This document shows positions 36,901-46,791 of a stretch of 64,000 nucleotides of DNA, piece by piece. The notes below the pieces were generated by a model. It searched no databases, was not told where the DNA came from, and saw only the letters and a program-made list of their open reading frames with translations. Numbering within the stretch: position 1 is the stretch's first letter; every line of letters begins with the position of its first letter. The stretch is taken from assembly GCA_950097015.1 (NCBI GenBank), contig CATNEN010000038.1:31806001-31870000 (forward strand), in the 5' to 3' direction. The DNA is from Macrostomum hystrix (Eukaryota > Animalia > Platyhelminthes). Made by a program: the position numbers and the translations under genes.

Positions 36901-39539
36901 CAGCTCATGTCTGTCGACACCAATCGATCGGCTGGAGTTGCCGTTCTCTCAGAAATTCTAGTATTCCTCACATTCTTTGAGCAACTTTTAAAACGCATTC
37001 AGAGAAGCTCTGAAATTATGAATGCATCCATCAACCATCAGCCAGACACCTTCAACACAATCTATCACCAACCCCGATCTTCCACCGCCAGCTACTGAAC
37101 TCCCTACGCCCCGACGACGCCATCGTGGTGACCAACAAGATCCGCGAGCTGCTGGACCGGATCCGCCGCCTCATCGAGCAGCACAAGCAGGTCGGCAAGG
37201 AGGCCCTGCTGAAGTTCCTGAACTCCGAGCTGCTGGAGAGTCTCGTCAGCAAGCTGCCTGAGCCCATCCAGACCGAGGTTCGCGCCCGCATCGCCGCCCT
37301 GAAGGAGCGCCTCGAGAGCGGCGCCGAGGCCGTGTCCGACTGGCGCGAGAAGGCCATCGAGCTGCTGCAGAAGTCCATCGCCCGTCTTGAGGACGCCATC
37401 GCCAAGCTGCCGGAGGACTCCAGGCTGCTGCCGCAGCTGAAGAAAACTCTGGAGTACCTGCGTAAGAAGCTCACCGACCTGCAGGACGCCGCCTTCAGCT
37501 TCGACGAGGCCGACCGCGCTGGACTCCTCCAGGGCATCCTCGACCGTCTTGAGAAGGCTCTGGAGAAGCTGCCCGAGGGACCCCTGAGGGACCGTCTGCA
37601 GAAGACCGTCGACAGGATCCGCGAGGTGAGCAGCTGTGGTGGACTCGTTCTGTCCACTAAACCTGAAACTGTCACCTAGCCCAGTTGTGCCAGATGTTCT
37701 GTCTGCGGGTAGAGCGGCCGCATCAGACACCCAAATGTCAACCCAAGCTTCTGCTGACACACAATTAACAGCTAAACGATCTTTAGCACTAGTGAATTTA
37801 GTTGTTGTCCTTGGAACCACGGCGCATGAACCACCCATCAAGCAGATGGTTATTGAAGCTGTTGTCCTTGGAACCACGCGCATGAACCACCCATCAAGCA
37901 GATGGTTGTTGAAACTGTTGTCCTTGGAACCACGGCGCGTGAACCACCCATCAAGCAGATGGTTGTTGAAGCTGTTGTCCTTGGAACCACGGCGCATGAA
38001 CCACCCATCAAGCAGATGGTTGTTGAAGCTGTTGTCCTTGGAACCACGGCGCATGAACCACCCATCAAGCAGATGGTTGTTGAAGATGTTGTCATTGGAA
38101 CCACGCGCATGAACCACCCATCAAGCAGATGGTTGTTGAAGTTGTTGTCATTGGAACCACGGCGCATGAACCACCCATCAAGCAGATGGTTGTTGAAGCT
38201 GTTGTCCTTGGAACCACGGCGCATGAACCACCCATCAAGCAGATGGTTGTTGAAGCTGTTGTCATTGGAACCACGCGCATGAACCACCCATCAAGCAGAT
38301 GGTTGTTGAAGCTGTTGTCCTTGGAATCACGGCGCATGAACCACCCATCAAGCAGATGGTTGTTGAAATTGTTGTCCTTGGAACCACGGCGCATGAATCA
38401 CCCATCAAGCAGATGGTTGTTGAAATTGTTGTCCTTGGAACCACGGCGCATGAATCACCCATCAAGCAGATGGTTGTTGAAGTTGTTGTCCTTGGAACCA
38501 CGGCGCATGAACCACCCATCAAGCAGATGGTTGTTGAAGTTGTTGTCCTTGGAACCACGGCAAGAGAATCTACTGCTTTTGCTTCATCAGGTGTCTTTTT
38601 CTTGTAGCTCAAAAAGTTCATGTCGGTTTTAAACCGATGTCAGATCTACTTGTAGTTCACAAAAGATATACTTTGACAACTGGAGATTGACTGGCAGGGA
38701 CTGAGTACTAAGGCGCCAGCTCATGTCTGTCGACACCAATCGATCGGCTGGAGTTGCCGTTCTCTCAGAAATTCTAGTATTCCTCACATTCTTTGAGCAA
38801 CTTTTAAAACGCATTCAGAGAAGCTCTGAAATTATGAATGCATCCATCAACCATCAGCCAGACACCTTCAACACAATCTATCACCAACCCCGATCTTCCA
38901 CCGCCAGCTACTGAACTCCCTACGCCCCGACGACGCCATCGTGGTGACCAACAAGATCCGCGAGCTGCTGGACCGCATCCGCCGCCTCATCGAGCAGCAC
39001 AAGCAGGTCGGCAAGGAGGCCCTGCTGAAGTTCCTGAACTCCGAGCTGCTGGAGAGTCTCGTCAGCAAGCTGCCTGAGCCCATCCAGACCGAGGTTCGCG
39101 CCCGCATCGCCGCCCTGAAGGAGCGCCTCGAGAGCGGCGCCGAGGCCGTGTCCGACTGGCGCGAGAAGGCCATCGAGCTGCTGCAGAAGTCCATCGCCCG
39201 TCTGGAGGACGCCATCGCCAAGCTGCCGGAGGACTCCAGGCTGCTGCCGCAGCTGAAGAAAACTCTGGAGTACCTGCGTAAGAAGCTCACCGACCTGCAG
39301 GACGCCGCCTTCAGCTTCGACGAGGCCGACCGCGCTGGACTCCTCCAGGGCATCCTCGACCGTCTTGAGAAGGCTCTGGAGAAGCTGCCCGAGGGACCCC
39401 TGAGGGACCGTCTGCAGAAGACCGTCGACAGGATCCGCGAGGTGAATCACTCTGCTCCTTTGTAAATCCGTTTAATCAAGCATCGACTAAAGCGTTACTT
39501 TGGTTTTCCCTGTTCATTTTTCAGCTGCTCAACAACTAA
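30944..39539 (+). CDS. Uncharacterised secreted alpha-helical tandem-repeat protein (signal peptide + partial repeat + 5 x 178-aa repeat), ~1020 aa
   Basis: Coding exons 30944-31321, 32108-32641, 33575-34108, 35446-35979, 37092-37625, 38908-39441, 39525-39539; all phase 0, AG|CT..GAG|GT. N-terminal signal peptide MKLLWVLLALAAVAAPLA; strong C/G-ending codon bias; terminal exon LLNN-stop mirrors the repeat start LLNS; AATAAA at 39704. Confidence 0.88.
31505..32083 (+). mobile_element. tRNA-derived SINE, family A, with an internal 35-bp tandem expansion
   Basis: Head TGGCAGAGCAG...GCTCGATTCC, body homologous to 1575-1924, ends GCAATTATTATT. Confidence 0.78.
31648..31968. repeat. 9 x 35-bp tandem repeat (GTACACTGCCTGACAATGAGAGAGTCGGGGCAGAT) derived from the SINE hairpin
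   Basis: Nine identical units; the segment is single-copy in the other two SINE copies. Confidence 0.95.
32805..38562. repeat. 57(56)-bp minisatellite blocks inside each duplicated intron (about 32805-33228, 34282-35099, 36153-36745, 37800-38561)
   Basis: Unit GTTGTCCTTGGAACCACGGCGCATGAACCACCCATCAAGCAGATGGTTGTTGAAGCT; copy number differs between introns. Confidence 0.95.
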
Positions 39540-39835
39540 GATGGTGACTTGCGCCTCGTGGCCTGCACTGTGTGTCACTGAGCGGTTTGGAGTCTGTGCT
39601 GTGCCTTCAAGCTGATGCCTTTACAGATCGATATAGTCTGAAATATACTAGCCAATGCAGGCACTATAGTATTGGTGCTATCAACTAACGTGCACATAAA
39701 CCTAATAAAATGGACATTTTCTTGTTGACTCACTTGCTGCTGATGAGTAATCTCATCGCATTCCGGGGAAGCTTTGAGTAAACATTGAATAATTCTGAGT
39801 ATTAACTATGTTTAGGCATCCATTGGATCCATCCT

Positions 39836-40089
39836 CGATTCCAAGGCGAGGCCACACTCATTTGGGGCGCAGCCGCGGAGAGAAGGCTTGGGGGCTTGTC
39901 GTGCAATTCACTTCCTTGAGGGCCAACCTCCAAGGCACAGTGAGAGTGTACACTGCCTGACGATGAGAAAGTCATGGCAGATGTACACACCTGTGTGCGT
40001 GTGTGCTCAGGAGTCAGCGAAATGGGCAGAATTGCCTCCTCGCTGGCTGCGGGTCTAGTGTCACCAAATGATGTGCCATTGCCCGCAGT
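39836..40089 (+). mobile_element. tRNA-derived SINE, family A, truncated copy
   Basis: Runs from the B-box remnant TCGATTCC to TGCCCGCAG; closely matches 1630-1895. Confidence 0.78.
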
Positions 40090-40779
40090 AAACTTTAAAC
40101 TTTATTAAACTTTATTAATTTAATAATGCAATCGTTTGTTAGGCGATGACCTTGCAAGCGACCCACCTGGCCATCTTTTTTAAAACCTGACAATTTCGAC
40201 TTTGATAAGTTTGGAATGTACATTATGAGCATTGTTTAGAGTACATATTGTGTTAGAGTACATGGCACTGATTTCACACACTTATATAAAATAACAACGA
40301 TTGGTTTGATGGTCAGTTAATATTTGCACGTTTGAACCTTCAATTTACTTTATTTAATTTAGTTCTTCATTTTCAACCAATATGGTAAGTACTCGCATCG
40401 GTTTTCTATTTTCTACACCAAATCCTGCTAAGCATTGTGCATAACTGCTTTATAGACGCAGTCTAGCGGTATTTCTAGCTTTTTTTCGAATCGGTACCAG
40501 CCAATGGTTGTGTCCACCGGTCCTGAGCTTTTGTGGACGGGGCGAGGCAGACTCGATCCCCAGACTAATATATTAAATAGGAACGGTTTCCTCACGCAAA
40601 AGTGCAGAGATACACAGATAATTATATATATTCGCTGGATAATAAAAACTGTAAGTACGAAACTATAGTTTACTTACTTTGAACTCAAAGCTGGCGTACT
40701 TATATTAATATATTGACCTCATTCTGTATTCATCTCTATGGACTATCTGTACATGCTTATCAAAATTATTTTGAGAGCC

Positions 40780-41715
40780 AGTGATTCTCTGATTCTGTGA
40801 ATCTGTGATTCTGTGATTCTGTGAATCTGTGATTCTGTGATTCTGTGAATCTGTGATTCTGTGATTCCGTGATTCTGTGAATCTGTGATTCTGTGAATCT
40901 GTGATTCTGTGAATCTGTGATTCTGTGATTCCGTGATTCTGTGATTCCGTGACTCTGCGATTCCATGATTCTGTGATTCCGTGATTCTGTGATTCTATGA
41001 TTCCGTGATTCTGTGATTCTGTGATTCTGTGAATCTGTGATTTTGTGATTCCGTGATTCTGTGATTCTGTGATTCTGTGATTCTGTGAATCTGTGATTTT
41101 GTGATTCCGTGATTCTGTGATTCCGTGATTCTGTGATTCTGTGATTTTGTGATTCCGTGATTCTGTGATTCTGTGACTCTGTGAATCTGTGATTCTGTGA
41201 TTTTGTGATTCTGTGATTCTGTGAATCTGTGAATCTGTGATTCCGTGATTCTGTGATTCTGTGAATCTGTGATACTGTGATTCTGTGATTCTGTGAATCT
41301 GTGATTCCGTGATTCTGTGATTCTGTGATTCTGTGAATCTGTGATTCTGTGAATCTGTGATTCTGTGAATCTGTGATTCTGTGATTCTGTGAATCTGTGA
41401 ATCTGTGATTCCGTGATTCTGTGATTCTGTGAATCTGTGATACTGTGATTCTGTGATTCTGTGAATCTGTGATTCTGTGAATCTGTGATTCTGTGAATCT
41501 GTGATTCCATGATTCTGTGATTCTGTGATTTTGTGATTCCATGATTCTGTGATTCTGTGACTCTGTGATTCCATGATTCTGTGATTCTGTGATTTTGTGA
41601 TTCCATGATTCTGTGATTTTGTGATTCCATGATTCCATGATTCTGTGATTTTGTGATTCCGTGATTCTGTGATTCTGTGATTTTGTAATTCCATGATTCT
41701 GTGACTCTGTGATTC
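40780..41715. repeat. 8-bp tandem repeat (CTGTGATT / CTGTGAAT)n
   Basis: Direct tandem array. Confidence 0.95.
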
Positions 41716-42109
41716 TTTAACTGACCTTTAAAATATTTGCCCTTAGCTGTATGTTTGAAGTTCAGATGACTGGTTGGCAAGTTTGTGCAAAAGAAGACAA
41801 ATTTAAAGTACACCCGGCTTTTATCTTTTCGTGAAATTTCCGGCTAGAATTTGTCGAATATTGCGCCGTTCCACATAATGGTTTTTTGAACAGTTAAACA
41901 ACTGGCAGACAGGTATACTTTCCAGCCCGATCAGCTGCGATTTGGTGGGACAGAGCCATGGTTTGTTATCTTATACCTTTCGTATTGATTGGATATTAAT
42001 GGTGCGACTAATGCATTTGCACTGGGATAGAACACAGAGGCCATTAGACAGAGTTTAACTAGATATAAAACTAAGGCAAACATTTTAGGGACACAGAGAG
42101 AGACAGGGA

Positions 42110-42805
42110 AAGGTGGGGAGAGGAGAAGAGGGAGAGGGGAAGATGGATGAGGGAGAGGAGAAGAGGGAGAGGAGAAGAGGGAAGAGGGAGAGGAGAAGAG
42201 GGAGAGGAGAAGAGGGAAGAGGGAGAGGAGAAGAGGGAGAGGAGAAGAGGGAAGAGGGAGAGGAGAAGAGGGAGAGGAGAAGAGGGAAGAGGGAGAGGAG
42301 AAGAGGAAGTGGGAGAGGAGAAGAGGAAGAGGGAGAGGAGAAGAGGGAAGAGGGAGAGGAGAAGAGGGAAGAGGGAGAAGAGAAGAGGAAGAGGGAGAGG
42401 AGAAGAGGGAAGAGGGAGAGGAGAAGAGGGAAGAGGGAGAAGAGAAGAGGGAGAGGAGAAGAGGAAGTGGGAGAGGAGAAGAGGAAGAGGGAGAGGAGAA
42501 GAGGGAAGAGGGAGAAGAGAAGAGGGAAGAGGGAGAAGAGAAGAGGAAGAGGGAGAGGAGAAGAGGGAAGAGGGAGAGGAGAAGAGGGAAGAGGGAGAAG
42601 AGAAGAGGGAGAGGAGAAGAGGAAGTGGGAGAGGAGAAGAGGAAGAGGGAGAGGAGAAGAGGGAAGAGGGAGAGGAGAAGAGGGAAGAGGGAGAGGGAAG
42701 AGGGAGAAGAGAAGAGGGAGAGGAGAAGAGGAAGTGGGAGAGGAGAAGAGGAAGAGGGAGAGGAGAAGAAGGAAAAGGGAGAGGAGAGGAGACAGCGAGA
42801 GAGAT
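42110..42805. repeat. Purine-rich GA low-complexity repeat
   Basis: GGGAGAGGAGAAGA units; almost pure purine strand. Confidence 0.95.
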
Positions 42806-43112
42806 AAAAGTGAATCCAGCGATTCGCTACTCTGCTCTGTCCTGGCAGAGTCTGTCCTATTTATGAGAACAGATTGTCGCAATTATTGGAATAGACCAAG
42901 ATGGACAATTTATTAATTTAGGTGAGAATAGCATAGACCCAGAATCGAATATAATAAACGTGAAGAGTCATTTCCATTAGCTTATTAACCACAGTTGTAT
43001 ACCAATATAGTAGCAATGAATATCAGGCTAAATCATAAAATTTCCCACCGAATGTTAACAAAAGCGAATCCAGATTGCTATCCAGATTGTCACAGCATTC
43101 GTTTCCCCGCAG

Positions 43113-44654
43113 GTGCGCTTCAACTTCAACCTCCTGCCGGCAATGAACCGGGAGTACAGGCACCTATGGCAGTTGCTCAGTACCGTCTACGCTGTGACAA
43201 TTCTCTCAGTTGGCGCCGCCACCACCATCTACTTCGCTGTGAGCAGTAGTACTCAGAGTCACACCAGATTTCATGAGATCTTCTTTGCCATCCTGTACGC
43301 TATGGGCACAATGGCTATCGGCTACCTTAGCTGGCTAAGTCGCAAGGCCTCCCACAATGGCGAAGGATTCAATTTCTATCTACGATGCGGCCTGATCGTG
43401 TTCCTGACTGGCTCTCTAACCCTGAATCTGGTCCGTAGCACGGCTGACATTCTCGCAGTCATTGCGAACTGCAGCATCAGGCTGACTGGCATTGTCATGG
43501 CCATCCTGGAGATGATTTTCACCGCCTCGCAGGCGGCCTTCGTGCTGCAGCACCATCGGGTTGTGTACCTGCGCAGGAAGGCTCAGAGCCGGATAGCTTT
43601 GGCTCACCTGTTCACCGCCAATATCTGCATCTGGGCTCGCTCCGCTATCGGCGAGATCAAAGAACAATTCGACAGGAAGCCGCATCATCATCTGCGCGAC
43701 GTCAACGACTCTCTGGTGCAAGCCTGCCGCGATTCGCCGTCTAGGGGGGACGCCGCCACCGCCTCCAGCCTGATGGAATCTGTGAAGCCATTCCTGGTGC
43801 CTGCAGTCATCGAGTATTGCCTGCTCTGCGCCCCGATGGTCCTTCACCTCATGGCCTGCGTTGGCGATAATCGAATCTCCGCCGAGTCTTCCCGGGAACA
43901 CGCCGACGCCACCGTTGGAGGCGAAGGCAATGACGACACGGGCGCCGATAACAATCAATTACTGCGTCGATGGTTTGCTAAATCGCGTCGCGGCTTCGCC
44001 TTCAGCACGGCCGCAGCCGTTGTCACCGTCGTCGTCACCGTCACTGTCTACAGCTTGGATGGCGCAGCGGTCAGTGCAATCTACCTGGGACAGGACTTCC
44101 TGCTCAGCGCCACTGGCTGCGCTCTCAGCCTCCTGGTATATCGACGTCTGCGGAGTCTCCGACTAGCCAAATGCGAGCGGCACACTTTCGACGACAAACT
44201 GTTGACCTTCGCCCTGTTCGGCGCGCTGATCTACCAGGTGTTGATGGCATCCGTACTGCTAGACCACTCCGGTGTGTTTCCTGCAATCTACCTGGCTGCT
44301 GAATTAATCAGCCTAATTAGCTGCTGTCTTCAGCTGCTGCTGCAGACATGCTGCCTACTCGACGGACTTCGGCGTCGGGCTGGCAACTGCCCGATAGCCT
44401 TGGCCAAGCCCGGCCGCGGACTGGTGATGGCCCTTCTGGGTGTCAACCTGTGCATGTGGATCATTGAGACTTTCGAAGTGCGCAAAGCAGAGGAACTGCT
44501 GTTCTCCTACGAATTGGGCAATGTGTCACCCAAGGCACTGAAGATTCTTATTCACATTGGCCAGCCTATTAACATCTTCTATAGATTTCACTCTACTGTT
44601 TGTCTGTCCATTGTGTGGCGTAAAGCCTACGAGATACAAGTCACAGCTGAATAG
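43113..44654 (+). CDS. Otopetrin-family proton channel (single long coding exon; first ATG at 43143)
   Basis: Many hydrophobic segments; FNFYLRCG, HLFTANICIW, PFLVPAVIEYCL, FDDKLL, NLCMWIIETFE and C-terminal PINIFYRFHSTVCL are otopetrin signatures. Acceptor CCGCAG ends at 43112. Confidence 0.9.
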   Translation: MRFNFNLLPAMNREYRHLWQLLSTVYAVTILSVGAATTIYFAVSSSTQSHTRFHEIFFAILYAMGTMAIGYLSWLSRKASHNGEGFNFYLRCGLIVFLTGSLTLNLVRSTADILAVIANCSIRLTGIVMAILEMIFTASQAAFVLQHHRVVYLRRKAQSRIALAHLFTANICIWARSAIGEIKEQFDRKPHHHLRDVNDSLVQACRDSPSRGDAATASSLMESVKPFLVPAVIEYCLLCAPMVLHLMACVGDNRISAESSREHADATVGGEGNDDTGADNNQLLRRWFAKSRRGFAFSTAAAVVTVVVTVTVYSLDGAAVSAIYLGQDFLLSATGCALSLLVYRRLRSLRLAKCERHTFDDKLLTFALFGALIYQVLMASVLLDHSGVFPAIYLAAELISLISCCLQLLLQTCCLLDGLRRRAGNCPIALAKPGRGLVMALLGVNLCMWIIETFEVRKAEELLFSYELGNVSPKALKILIHIGQPINIFYRFHSTVCLSIVWRKAYEIQVTAE

Positions 44655-44689
44655 GCTGGGTAGGCAGCTGACTAACAAGCAAAGCCTGT

Positions 44690-46088
44690 GTCTAACAAGT
44701 AGATCCATTTTCTAACAGGTGGATCCATTATCTAACAGGTAGATCCATTATCTAACAGGTAGATCCATTATCTAACAGGTGGATCCATTATCTAACAGGT
44801 AGATCCATTATCTAACAGGTAGATCCATTATCTAACAGGTGGATCGAGTATCTAACAGGTAGATCCATTATCTAACAGGTGGATCCATTATCTAACAGAT
44901 GGATCTATTATCTAACAGGTAGATCCATTATCTAACAGGTGGATCGAGTATCTAACAGGTGGATCCATTATCTAACAGGTGGATCCATTATCTAACAGAT
45001 GGATCCATTATCTAACAGGTAGATCCATTATCTAACAGGTGGATCGAGTATCTTACAGGTGTATCCATTATCTAACAGGTAGATCCATTATCTAACAGGT
45101 GGATCGAGTATCTAACAGGTAGATCCATTATCTAACAGGTAAAGTTAGTGTCTAACAGATAAAGTTAGTGTCTAACAGATAAAGTTAGTGTCTAACAGAT
45201 AAATTTAGTGTCTAACAGATAAAGCCAGTATCTAACAGGGTAAGCCAGTGTCTAACAGATAAAGCCAGTGTCTAACAGATAACGCCAGTGTCTAACAGAT
45301 AACGCCAGTGTCTAACAGATAAAGTTAGTGTCTAACAGGTAGATCCGACCATGCAATCTATCTGTTGGACAGATAAGTTACACGTTGGACAGATAATATA
45401 CCTGTTTGACAGATAATCTACCTGTTAGGCAGCTAATCCACCTGTTAGACAGCTGTTGAACCTGTTAGAATGCTATCAATCTTACACAGATTTACGAACG
45501 TAGAAGCTGTCTAACAGGTATATTTGATGTTAGAAAAACATCGAATATACCAGTTATTTGATATCGAATATACCTGTTAGACGTCTAATATACCTGTTAA
45601 TTGATATCGAATATACCTGTTAGACGTCTAATATACCTGTTAGCCATCTAATATACCTGTTAGACAGCTAATATACCTGTAAGACAGCTAATCTACCTGT
45701 TAGACAGCTAATCTACTAGTTAGAAAGCTAATCTACCTGTTAGACAGCTAATATACCTGTTAGACAGCTAATCTTCCTGTTAGACAGCTAATCTACCTGT
45801 TAGACAACTAATATACCTGTTAGACAGCTAATATACCTGTTAGACAGCTAATCTACCTGTTAGACAACTAATATACCTGTTAGACAGCTAATCTACCTGT
45901 TAGACAGCTAATCTACCTGTTAGACAACTAATATACCTGTTAGACAGCTAATCTACCTGTTAGACAACTAATCTACCTGTTAGACAGCTAATATACTAGT
46001 TAGACAGCTAATCTACCTGTTAGACAGCTAATCTAACTGTTAGACAACTAATCTACCTGTTAGACAGCTAATCTAACTGTTAGACAGA
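44690..46088. repeat. Two related 20-bp minisatellite arrays in inverted orientation
   Basis: Left array (TCTAACAGGTRGATCCATTA)n; right array (TAATMTACCTGTTAGACAGC)n, whose reverse complement shares TCTAACAGGTAGAT with the left unit. Confidence 0.92.
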
Positions 46089-46791
46089 CCTTCACTCCTA
46101 ATTGTTAAAATAACTATATTCACCTATCTAATTATATACCTACCTATACCTACCTATAGACAAACCATTTGTCAGTTTAACAAAGTTAACTGTTTGACTC
46201 AGTGTCTAACCTGTCTAAGTGTCTAAGCCACATAATCCATGTTACCCGATTTTTTTCTGAGCAATTTATAAACAGTTTTTTGGCAGCGAATAATTATTAA
46301 AGAAAAACTCTTCGATTGCTACTCTCCGATCCTACTTCAAGTAGTCTAAATTGCGCAATCCTCTTTCGTTCTAACAAAAATTTTACGTACCGACTCGTCT
46401 AGGTTCCTTGTTTCTATTTTTAGTAATTTTGTCGCTTCTCTTCCCGCGCACGAGTTTGGCCAACCCACCCCCCTCTTACCTGGGTGGAGGGGCGCAAAAG
46501 GTAAGAACTACGGACCAACGAAGAGAGGAGAGGAGAGAGAAAGACTTGGCGATGACTCACCCATTGTCCGCATGTTCTACCACCCCATTTACCCAGAGAG
46601 AGGAGGACAGGGAGAGAAAGGAAACACGCCTAGAATGGAAGGTGACTTAACACTGGATTGGTTCTAAAAAAAGCAACGTACCCAGCTAGGCCATTGCCTG
46701 GGCCTTGTATATATATGTGAGCAGCTCTTAGGATTAAAGAATAGTTTTGAGCACAACTTGCTTGTTTCGTCTTCTAGAAGCAATCTCTATC

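Noticed and set aside
32795-38632. 57-bp repeats as a CRISPR array or repeat-protein ORFs
   Set aside because: Head-to-tail units without unique spacers, eukaryotic intron context, no cas genes, and 56-bp variants break the frame.
31031-39450. Long antisense ORFs over the repeat exons
   Set aside because: Shadow ORFs caused by the strong C/G-ending codon bias of the sense strand.
32141-39465. Five separate 184/174-aa paralogous genes as in the ORF track
   Set aside because: They start at GTG, lack their own signal peptides, and are bounded by phase-0 acceptor and donor sites; better explained as exons of one gene.
39738-39762. CTGATGAG as a hammerhead ribozyme core
   Set aside because: Forms only a small hairpin; no GAAA or closing stems follow.
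40705-42916. ITESQNHR and Arg/Glu/Gly-rich ORFs
   Set aside because: 8-bp and GA simple repeats; open in several frames.
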